From positions 3,660,001-3,724,000 of the forward strand of contig OZ249436.1 of assembly GCA_965235115.1 (NCBI GenBank): a DNA stretch of 64,000 nucleotides. The letters are read 5' to 3'. The stretch is from Laetmonice hystrix. Lineage: Eukaryota. The translations under genes and the position numbers were made by a program. Below, in pieces: positions 12,601 through 24,100 of this stretch. Position 1 is the first letter of the stretch. Every line of letters begins with the position of its first letter. The notes under the pieces were generated by a model that ran no database searches, was not told where the DNA came from, and saw only the letters and a program-made list of their open reading frames with translations.

Positions 12601-14804
12601 CTTCAACAATGGAATAACTCACATTTTGGTGCTGGGTATCCAGCTTTAGGTCTGTAGACCTCATGAAAATGTCTGTTCATAGTGTGGTTTGCTGGCTCAC
12701 CCCAGTTCTCATGGGGTTTGAGAACTGCAGCTATTTATGCTACCGTTACTTGATCTGGCACCATCGTTACCTGCCATGTGTGACACAAAACTTCACCAGG
12801 CCAAAAAAAAAAAAGATGATGCCCATTTTTAAAATGTCGTCTCATCCAAGTTGAAATAATTATGGACAGACAGACCCATTTCAACTGCAGCCAGACTTCA
12901 TCTGGGCGAAGGTTAAACTATAATAGAACTACAAAATTGCTCTTAACAACATCTGCAAGACAACTGAATCACAATTTTTAAGCCAAAAGAAACTAACAAA
13001 AGCTTCTGACCAGCTATTCATTCAAAATTATAGTGCAATGGCACACAACACAAATTCAAAACCTGCAGGGCACTATCAATCATAATCATACCCGATATAT
13101 GCCTAGTGACTAGTTCGTTTCACATCCCGCACAACCCTGGGGCTCGTTTCACATCCCGCACCACCCTGGGGCTCATTTCACATCCCGCACCGCCCTGGGG
13201 CCCGTTTTGACATCCCGCACTGCCCTGGGGCTCGTTTTGACATCCCGCACGACCCTGGGGCTCGTTTTGACATCCCGCACCACCCTGGCACTCGTTTCAC
13301 ATCCCACACCACCCTGGGGCTCTTTTCACATCCCGCACCACCCTGGGACTCGTTTCACATCCCGCACCACCCTGGGGCGTTTCACATCCCGCACCACCCT
13401 GGGACTCGTTTCACATCCCGCACCACCCTGGGGCTCGTTTCACATCCCTCACCACCCTGGGGCTCGTTTCACATCCCGCACCACCCTGGGACTCGTTTCA
13501 CAGCCTGCACCACCCTGGGGCTCGTTTCAATAAGAACATTTCCTTGGATATGTCTATACGACACATTTCTGTCAGGCAAGGGGGTCAAGCTAGAAGAAAA
13601 TCTCAGCGTGGGGGAAACTGCCTGTTAGAATTTAGTGCTAGGTGGGCAATTGTGACATGCGAAATGCGCCATGACATGGAAGGAGTATGGTTGCCTTCGT
13701 CAGAAAATTTCTGACATTGTGAGGTTTATAGTGCAGTATCAGTGATTTTGTTGTGTTCAGTACCAAAGCGAAGGCCTTTTAGTTTAACTAGTTAAAGGGA
13801 GTCGTAAAATTCATTTTTTTTGATTTATGGCAGTCTTAGAAACATATGATTCGCATACCTTGGACTCCCAGTAACATCGTGCGAGACTGTTATGGCCCAG
13901 CGACTAGTATTTAGTAAGGAAAATATGCCAAATCTCTCGCAAATACGTAGCTCAGAATTAGCGAGCGGCCCACAGGATATTTGAGTTGGCCGCGGTCGGG
14001 CGATGATGACGCGTGATCACGTGACTTCCGGGTGTACATGCGGTATTTAGGTCAACGCTAGACTAGAGGGAGATTCCCTTCCACACCCGGAAGTCACGTG
14101 ATCACGCGTCATCATCGCCCGACCGCGGCCAACTCAAATATCCTGTGGGCCGCTCGCTAATTCTGAGCTGCGTATTTGCGAGAGATTTGGCATATTTTCC
14201 TTACTAAATACTGGTCGCTGGGCCATAATAGTCTCACATGATGTTACTGGGAGTCCAATGTATGCGAATCATATGTTTCTAAGACTGCCATAAATCGAAA
14301 AAAATGAATTTTACGACTCCCTTTAAAGTTGTGATCTAACGGACCACTTCGCAGAGCGTCCAAGAATCGCTTGGCCAGGGTAACTTGACAACTCAACGGT
14401 TTTCTGCAACACACTGTTTAGAAACAGATCTCTGACTCGGGTCAATTATTGTGTCCATAACTAATATCGGCTGAAACCTAAACTCTACCTCATTCGCCTA
14501 TGCCATTACATAGCCTAGGATTAGTAGGAAAGGCTATGCCTGTGACCTAACCCTGACAGTCTAAGACTAAGACGAGTGACCAGCAATATAACCACATCCG
14601 AGTGACCGCATCAACGTTTACCTTTTTTCCAATTGGGCTTCAATGGTAAAGTGACGTTTTGTGTGAATCTATTTAACTACTGTTGTCAAGTAGGTTATCT
14701 TTTACACTATACAACTCGTGCTTGAGACAGATCGGATTCGAAGTTCCGTTTCCCCCAAATTAGCCATGCTGATGTACTTACCACCGAGCCGGTCTCCGCC
14801 CCAT
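9627..14804 (-). CDS. RPL10: 60S ribosomal protein L10 (uL16), 213 aa, 4 coding exons
   Basis: Coding exons (minus strand): 14782-14804 (MGRRPARC), 11130-11435 ([20 protein letters not shown]...MLSCAGADR), 10781-10943 ([14 protein letters not shown]...FSGRQK), 9627-9776 ([12 protein letters not shown]...[13 protein letters not shown]). Total 642 nt, all GT-AG, phases consistent. AATAAA on minus at 9601-9606. Confidence 0.98.
9823..10669. repeat. About 61-bp tandem array (with shorter variants), about 14 copies, filling most of the last RPL10 intron
   Basis: Unit tatcgtgatctaacaaccattctgccctacattattaccacctgactaggtagttggtata. Confidence 0.95.
11416..13529. repeat. About 1.1-kb tandem duplication in RPL10 intron 2; each copy ends in a 29-30-bp minisatellite
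   Basis: 11416-12030 recurs at 12535-13130 (offset 1119) with a few substitutions and one ~25-bp indel. Minisatellite ctcgtttcacatcccgcaccaccctgggg at about 12020-12534 and 13114-13529. Confidence 0.93.
13792..14326. mobile_element. Near-perfect palindromic MITE, Kolobok/T2-like
   Basis: TTAA|AGGGAGTCGTAAAATTC...GAATTTTACGACTCCCT|TTAA; about 240-bp arms (13796-14035 and 14083-14322) with a 47-nt loop. Confidence 0.88.
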
Positions 14805-14970
14805 TTTAAGCTGGAAATACAAGTATTATGGTGAATGTAACAATCTCAAAATTGCGTACAGTCCAGGACTAAATCCTACTCAAGCTCTCTGTAATGGGTT
14901 TTAGCAAATCAAGTTTAGCAAAGTCACGATGACTTGAGATAAACATTGCGACATAAATTCCTACCACAAC

Positions 14971-15040
14971 GCAATATGGCGCTTACCTGTAGAAAAGAAA
15001 GTGACCCGGAACTGGAAGTTGGATATCAGTCATGTGACTT
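14971..15040 (-). promoter_or_regulatory. RPL10 5'TOP/TCT start, 15-nt non-coding exon 1, and promoter shared with SNX29
   Basis: Minus strand reads CTTTCTTTTCTACAG|GTAAGCGCCATATT: pyrimidine-tract start near 15001, donor at 14986, and a YY1-type CGCCATNTT just inside intron 1, typical of ribosomal protein genes. ETS-like CCGGAA/GGAAGT at 15006-15019. GTCATGTGAC (M-box/CLEAR-like) at 15029-15038. Confidence 0.75.
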
Positions 15041-15195
15041 GTCTGGTGGTCCGAGGGGCCAAGGTCAAGGCCGTATGACTGAGGCGCTGAAGTCTGATGG
15101 GCGGATTGCTCGTATATGATTTTCACCGTAATTGGTCTATTACTGCAATGACATGATGCGATAGAAGGGAAGCTGTTTGAAAACAGTCGGGCAAG

Positions 15196-18100
15196 ATGAG
15201 CGGTATGTTTCTTTCAAGTGACGCTAACAGATATTTTGAAATCAAAGTTTTATTTGTACAAAACACGAGCGTGAATCTTGTCAATCTTGATCACGATTCT
15301 CTGACCATCACGGCAGCAGTAGACATACACAGATAATTGTCATTGATTGGAGTAGAGCGTGTACCCCGTGACCCCCGCCCCCGCCCCCACCCCACCCGCT
15401 GCTCGTCTGTAATAGTAATACAGCCCTTCTCGAGCACTTGTTTACCAAGGCTTCCTGCCGCGTGTGCTGAGTGAGTGCAGGGTGTGTGCAGCGTCAATCC
15501 CCGTCACTCGTCAGTAGGTCTGTGACTGTGCACAGTGCACTACTCAAGTTAGGGAGTTAGTTAGAATGTGTTTATATTCGTAATGATAATAAATCTAGAA
15601 CATTGTACCTTCTCTATTGTTAGAGTACTCACTTTACTCTCTAAGTGACCTGGGCCCGGTTCACATTTCACAAGCAAAGTCAACTTGAAGCCCCTTTTAC
15701 TTGAATTTGATTGGTTTAAATGGATTTCAATTTAATTAAAATGAACTTGACTTTGCTAATGTTATTGGTTGTGCCGGCAGAGTATGAAAAGGAGGACAAC
15801 TCAGGACATCATTTTTTCTTCAGACACGAATGTCTCATATTGAAGGAATTTCAATGATTTCTTTTTCAAAAAGGAGCCATGCAGACATCATAGTATAAGC
15901 ATAAACCTGGTTTAGTTTCATACACCTGGGGGTGGAAATTACCGCTCGCCCGTGTCGAGTTAAACCTCTGTTGGGCAACCTTGTCTGACCATTCAGGTCG
16001 CCCTGCTGGCGATTTGTCTAAAATTATTGGGCGAGTGATTTTTTTTCTGCAATCGCCTGCCCCCACAATGGCAGTCATGATACTACCGGGCAGAGAACTT
16101 AGAACTTTGTATATCTTCTTCAATAAAGATCATTTTGTTCAACAAAAAGAAGACAAAAAAAAAGAATGTTCAGTAGGTTCTAAGTTCTCCAGTTGCCCAA
16201 TCCCAGACCTTCTAGAGCCACAAGGCAGCACCTTCGACTGTACAGATTTCTGTGGGTTGAATGGCCGGGCAGTGGTCACGTGGAGGGCGAGTAACCCTTC
16301 ACCTGAACTCGCCCTCCTGGCTAGTTCATTTACAACAGGGCTAGTTAAATTTCTACTTAACTAGCCCTGCTGGCTAGTAGGTGATTTCCCCCAATTTCCA
16401 CCCCTGCCCATCTCAGATTTTCATCTGCTGGAGATAATTACCCCACTCGCCACCAGGGGGCACTACAAACTGGAAACTTTGGACTATAAACCTTTCAGAG
16501 TGTTTCTCCAGCTTTGAATAAACTTTGACATAGGGCAGGACACGATGTAATTTTATTTCTCTTGTGACAAACTCTATGTGTTTCCCACCCCGACAGGTGC
16601 CAATGCCAGGGAGATCCTTTTATTTATCAGGACGCCTGGTGGTCAGTGTTAGAACTATTCTAGACTTTACCTTTGGCAGCATGTGGTAGATAAAATTTTA
16701 ACACACTGTGTAACATTGAATCACTATGCATGTATCTCTAATTTTTTTCCAATATATTTTGAAATAGAATACAATTTTTTGGACAAAGTGTCGTTATATA
16801 TGTCCCAACACATGGCAATGGCAGGGAGTTATTGCCAATTGTCTCTAATTGGTTGGAGAAATATGTGGCTCAAACTGATCTCATCTTTGCTGCAATTAGG
16901 ATCATGTATGATGTGATCTGAAAATGACTGAAATTAAAATCTTAGTTTCGGGGTTAAATTTATTCAATGCCTGTTGTGGTCAAATACAGGCACAATACTA
17001 AACTCTGTTGAGGTGCAGATTAAGAAATTCTGACTTACGAAGGTATTCTTCCCTCACCCCTTGTCCCTGCAGTTATCTTTCAGGTGAAACTTTCTCTCTG
17101 ATTTATAGTGTATCAGGAGATATGGCTATACTTCATGTGTGCACCATATTACAATAATATTCCTGTTCGATCTTCCAGGAACCACAGCACAGTTCCAGAC
17201 GGAGCGCCAGAACCTTCTGACACGACTGCTGGATGCTGTCAAGCAGGTACAACTTTCATGAATTCATTTTCTTATCACCAGATAAGCAGAAAATTATGAC
17301 CTTTTTCAAAAAGCAACCATGAAAGTTTCTTGAAATCTGATATTTTGACAAAGCCAGTATTGTGTACCATATGGTGACAGCTTACAAGGGGATCCAAAAT
17401 TGCCTATTATTCCACTAAAATTCTGATAAGTGTAGGAAAACCACTGAGAAACAATTGTATAACTGGAATAACAATGTTTGTTGACTTGGTGATTCTCAGT
17501 GTCAGGTTCGGTTTGGTGGGCGTCGAGAACTTGCAACTGAAGGAGACAGCAGGTAACTGTCCACAATGTACTTGTGTATGGTTTAAAATGTACTGTAAAG
17601 AGAAGGAATGACTTATCTGACAGATAAATACTCCTGGAAAAATAACTTTACAGGGAGGGTGATATTTATTTTCAAAATCCTGTGTAATTTGTACCCATGA
17701 TTTGTTCCATGGCATTCTTGAAATCAGGAAATGTAAAAATGATGACACCAAGTTTGCTAAGAGATGTGAATAATTTGAACTGTATCCATGGATGGTGTTG
17801 ACAGGGTGACGTGTCTGTGTGCAGCCTGGGAGGCAGCGCTCTCACACGGGATGAGGCATACTAACAAGGCTCTCTCCACACTCAAGTAAGTTAGCGGGGG
17901 TGGGGGTGGGGGTGGATACATGCATATGTGGTCAAAGGTGATCTATTTGATATTATCATTGATAAAAGGTTTCATGCAGGGACAGAAATATTTGGTGGAC
18001 CATTTTTGAAAATGGGGGTTCTTGAGGAATTCTGTGCATCTTGTAGCTATGGGTGATTTTTAAAAATTCTAAGTTTCTAATACTAAGTCAACGATTCTGT

Positions 18101-21100
18101 TTCAAGACATAATCTTTAAAAAGATAAATTGAAATTCTAGGCCTGGCAGAAAGGCTTTATCCAAACTCAAGTAAGTGACCTACCATGGTCTCTACTATCA
18201 AGGACCAGCTCTCCCTATGTAGACCAAAGAATTGTGATTTTTAAATACCTTTTTACAAATAAGTTGATTTGATTTAGGTCAGTCAGTAACATTTTATTCC
18301 CACCACTGACCCTGTTATGACCCTGTTATGTTATTTTATCATAAAATAAGTGCAACTAACATCTACTCAGAGTGTTGTAAGATTACTCATGTAAGATAAC
18401 AGGAGCCTGAGATAGCACTAACCCCCCCCCCCCCCACCCCCACCTGAGAATAAGTACCGGATCAAGTATCAGTGAAGCAGAGACAAGCATAATGAAGTTC
18501 ACAAACTGTACACATAAATATTCCCTTGTCATATATATAAGCCACAAAAAAATGATGCTGAATCCCTCAATTTGTCATTTTTTGTCCATTCAAACTACAG
18601 GCAGGTGACAGAGCTGACTGGCCTGACCAAAGTGGCGTCAAATATTGGTATTCTGGACAACATTCAACACCTGGAAACAGAACCAGGTAAGTGCCATAAT
18701 ACACTACCAAATCTTCCTGGACAACATTCAACACCTGGAAACAGAACCAGGTAAGTGCCATAATACACTACCAAATCTTCCTGGACAACATTCAACACCT
18801 GGAAACAGAACCAGTAAGTGCCATAATACACTACAAAATCCGAGACAACATTCAACACCTGGAAACAGAACCAGGTAAGTGCCATGATACACTACAAAAT
18901 CATGGACAACATTCAACACCTGGAAACAGAACCAGGTAAGTGCCATAATACACTACCAAATCTTCCTAGACAACATTTAATACCTGGAAACAGAACCAGG
19001 TAAGTGTCATAATACACTACCAAATCCTGGAAACATTCAACACCTGGAAACAGAACCAGGTAAGTGCCATAAGACACTACAAAATCCGAGACAACATTCA
19101 ACACCTGGAAACAGAACCAGGTAAGTGCCATGATACACTACAAAATCATGGACAACATTCAACACCTGGAAACAGAACCAGGTAAGTGCCATAATACACT
19201 ACCAAATCTTCCTGGACAACATTTAACACCTGGAAACAGAACCAGGTAAGTGCCATAATACACTACCAAATCCTGGAAACATTCAACACCTGGAAACAGA
19301 ACCAGGTAAGGGCCATAATACACTACCAAATCTTCCTGGACAACATTCAACACCTGGAAACAGAACCAGGTAAGTGCCATAATACACTACCAAATCTTCC
19401 TGGACAACATTCAACACCTGGAAACAGAACCAGGTAAGTGCCATAATACACTACCAAATCTTCCTGGACAACATTCAACACCTGGAAACAGAACCAGGTA
19501 AGTGCCATAATACACTACCAAATCTTCCTGGACAACATTCAACACCTGGAAACAGAACTAGGCAAGTGCCATAATACACTACCAAATCTTTCTGGACAAC
19601 ATTCAACACCTGGAAACAGAACCAGGTAAGTGCCATAATACACTACCAAATCCTGGACAACATTCAACACCTGGAAACAGAACCAGGTAAGTGCCATAAT
19701 ACACTACCAAATCTTCCTGGACAACATTTAACACCTGGAAACAGAACCAGGTAAGTGCCATAATACACTACCAAATCCTGGACAACATTCAACATCTGGA
19801 AACAGAACCAGGTAAGTGCCATAATACACTACCAAATCCTGGACAACATTCAACATCTGGAAACAGAACCAGGTAAGTGCCATAATACACTACCAAATCC
19901 TGGACAACATTCAAAACATGGAAACAGACCCAGGTAAGTGCCATAATACACTATCAAATCTTCCTGGACAACATTCAACACCTGGAAACAGAACCAGGTA
20001 AGTGCCATAATACACTACCAAATCCTGGACAACATTCAACACCTGGAAACAGAACCAGGTAAGTGCCATAATACACTACAAAATCTTCCTGGACAACATT
20101 ATACACAGTGGTGAATATTGCAGTGTTCTGGCAGTACGTGAAGGATTTAGTGATATGAAATAAGTTGTGAATATTGCAGTGTTCTGGCAGTACGTGAAGG
20201 ATTTAGTGATATAAAATAAGTGGTGAATATTGCAGTGTTCTGGCAGTACGTGAAGGATTTAGTGATATGAAATAAGTGGTGAATATTGCAGTGTTCTGGC
20301 AGTACGTGAAGGATTTAGTGATATGAAATAAGTGGTGAATATTGCAGTGTTCTGGCAGTACATGAAGGATTTAGTGATATGAAATAAGTGGTGAATATTG
20401 CAGTGTTCTGGCAGTACGTGAAGGATTTAGTGATATGAAATAAGTGGTGAATATTACAGTGTTCTGGCAGTACGTGAAGGATTTAGTGATATGAAATAAG
20501 TTGTGAATATTGCAGTGTTCTGGCAGTACGTGAAGGAACACTTGAGTAAACACGAGACCCAGCGGTATATGCTGCTTCATCATGTGAGCACTGATGCTGG
20601 TCGAGGACGAGCCTGGCTACGATCAACTCTTAATGAACACTCACTGGAGAAATACATGCACATGGTACTGGAGGATGGTCCTATGCTCAGGTAAATGATA
20701 ACAAATCTGTAAAATGTAATAAAACTAAAGGAACAGTATGATTTAAGTTTGATTGATTACCTCCCAAATTCAAAAACTCATATGAAGTATACTAGTAGGT
20801 ACTGTATATACCCAATAGATCACAGCATCCCCCCCCCCCCCCCCCCGAGTTCCACCTCAAGGCTGGGGGGGGGGGGGTGTGGCCATGATCTATCCATAGT
20901 GAACCCTTCCAGCCCACAGAGCCAGACTCTGGCATAGTTCCCCCACTCCCCACCAGGGGTCACTACACTTGCACAAGGACTTAGTTAATTTCCTATTGCT
21001 GCAATTATATCTGGCATAGTTATTTTTATACATTTTTGTATTGAATACTTCTTAACACTAACCACCAGCATCTTACCATATCCTGCCTTGACACCTGGCT

Positions 21101-24100
21101 CTGTAAGGACAGCAAGTCTGCTCACTTGGTGAGACACCTAGTGGTTATTGTATGAACTAGAATGGTCATTGCATGTGTCCATCTGTCATGGCTTTGAATG
21201 TGGTGTGGGGGGTTTGGGGACAATCCTGCCATACAAAAGGAACATTGATGATTGAATAACCCTCTAAAGTTTCTTCAAAAGATGTTTTGAAAGCAAAGAG
21301 AACTTTCTGGCTATATTGTGACAAGGCATGTTTTGTCCAGTACAGTTAGATGTGGTAAGCTTGGGGAGAGCAGATCAGGGAGGAGCTCAACAATTCCAGG
21401 AAACTTTTTCCCAGACCATGGGGTCCAAATTCCCCTGCGGCTATGTTTGGTGCTGCCATCTATTGGGTATACACAGTAACTGTACTCTGGTTTTTTTATG
21501 AGGACCTTGTTTGAGGACTGGTCATTCCTGAGGGACCAGGAACGATTGAGCATGCTCCCAATGATCAATGGTTTGTTTATTAGGACCTTGTTTGAGGACT
21601 GGTCATTCCTGAGGGACCAGGAACGATCGAGTATGCTCCCAATGATCAATGGTTTGTTTATTAGGACCTTGTTTGAGGACTGGTCATTCCTGAGGGACCA
21701 GGAACGATCGAGTATGCTCCCAATGATCAATGGTTTGTTTATTAGAACCTTGTTTGAGGACTGGTCATTCCTGAGGGACCAGGAACGATCGAGTATGCTC
21801 CCAATGATGGCAGCGGGACTTGGCTCCATTCTCTTCGCTATCAACATTGACAACCCTGATCTCAACACCATAAAGCCAGCGACAGGCCTTGATGCCATTC
21901 TCAGCTCCACACCACCGTCGAGAACATTCGCACCTCGAGCAGAGGAGGAGCCTCGTCCTGTCATTAACACAGACATGTCGCCCAAAGGTATGGACACGGT
22001 TCTCGTGGATATATGGCAGAGATTTTCTGGAGATTGTTAATGTTAATGACAAATTTATGGCTGTTTCAACTTTCGTTAACTTGATGATATGTTTTTTTAT
22101 TGTAGCATGTAATTTGGATGCATTTATCAAAAGATACTTTTATATTTGCCTTGCTTAGATGTTTGTTATGGAATAGATGCAAAAACGTTGGTGTTTTTGA
22201 CAAGAGTTATGGATAAGTTCACCAACAGTTATTGCAATGGATCAGTATTTAAGTTCCTTGTACAGTAGGGTTGTCAACAGTCAGGTTTATGATGTTAACG
22301 CACCACATCAAGCAATCAATAAAACTCTTTCAGCTGAGAGGAGAAAGGAAAGGAAAAAGAAGAAGAAGATAGCACACATTGTTTCATTTGACAATGATGA
22401 CGGGACAAGCTGCAGCACTTCACCCGGGTCATCAGTGACAAGCCCCCAGGTCAAGTCAAGCGGGGTTGATCTCAACTCTCTGCCGACTATCATTGCCAGT
22501 AACACCCCCAGACAAACTGCCGTTGGCTTCAGTCCAGTTGATACAGCTCCTGCGGTACGGCAGTGTGTTGTAACACATGACAATGATGTAATGGTGGCAG
22601 TACCAGTCATGGCAGACACACAGCCTGTGATGAATGGCAGTGAGAGTAATGATATCTTACCGGGTGAAAACATACCAACAGTATCTGAACGAGACCAGCC
22701 GTGCCAAGCTCACTCAAACCTGGATCTAGAGGCCCAACCAGTTGAACAGCCTGAGATAGTTGTAAAACAAACACCTGTAGAAAATGGCCATGTATGTCAA
22801 GATGAAGCTGTGATGACAGGGAGCGCTGATCCATCCTCCCGCGGTGACTTGGAGAGATTGTCAGAGGGAGAGATCAGAAAACTGGAATCGCTGCCATGTA
22901 GTGCTCGAGACCATGAAACACAAACAGATTTACGGGTGTGTGACACTCAGACCACTGATTGTAGATCAAGGTCACCACAAGGTCAACATGAGAAGACCTG
23001 TGATGACAGTACTGAAGGCGAGCTCCGGGAACGGTTCTACAGTGTGAGTGAGGATTACCAAGGTACAAGTTCTGTGACCACTGAGCAAACACAGGATAAT
23101 GTTTCACCAGAAATAGAAAATTCTCTACCAGAGACAGCGTCACCATCTGTGAATATGTTTGAGGTCGGAGCGCCACCTAGTGAGGGTGAGGAGAGTGGAT
23201 CAGTGACAAAGTCATCAAGTGTCATTCCATGGGAACCTGTCACCGACGCTGCGGACAACACAAGTTCACCAGAGAAGTCAAAACACTTAGCTCGCCCAGA
23301 GAGCCTTAAAGGGTTTGAGAACGTTGATCGTTACATGCTGCCACGGAGAGACTCGTTGGACAGTGTCCCATGTAGTGTCCCAGGTGACTCAGAGAAAAGA
23401 GACTTGCTGCGTCAACGTTTAGGTAACTGGGAATCAACAGATAGTGTTGAGGTTCGCTCAATTACAAGTACTTCATCCATTGGTGAACCTGTCAGTTCAC
23501 CGACACTTCAGAAGTCGGCCAGTGAAGGGAAGATTGAACAAGGGTAAGCAATACTTCAACGATAAATTATGAATCTTTTAAAAGTATTGTCACAGATAAT
23601 AATAACTGAGAATTTGCTTTATAATTAAATGCTCAGACTTTCTCAAGGAAGGGGACATGGTGGGGGAGTGAGTCATCATAATGCAAGGCTTAATAAAATT
23701 ATTCTAATAAAATTGGTGAAATAAAGAGGTCTTTTTATTTTGATCCCTCAACTTAAAAAGGTGTTCTATTTGTGTCTATATAACGTCAGTCAAAGGTTGT
23801 AAAGAGTAATATTAACCATGATATATTGAGCAAGATACTTCAATACTTGATGGTCTCTCTTTGTTAGTCATCTGGTACCATACAATAGCCATGTTGGAGC
23901 GTTAACCCCCCTCAGTCCAGAGGGTCAGCCCATTGATGGAGCCTATATGATGCCGCTGGCATGTGCCGCTAGTTCTGAGGACTCGCGATCATGTAAGTAA
24001 CATGCTGTTACTGTAAAGGTGACAATTTGTGAAGTGGGGTCACCATTCAGGATCTATGGGTTAAGTTATTTAGATGACCTTGAGAAATTCTAAAGAGAAA

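Noticed and set aside
22237..22333. ATG-initiated start of the 436-aa ORF as a separate gene
   Set aside because: The only phase-compatible acceptor is ctctttcag at 22333; the ORF is SNX29 exon 8 plus intron read-through.
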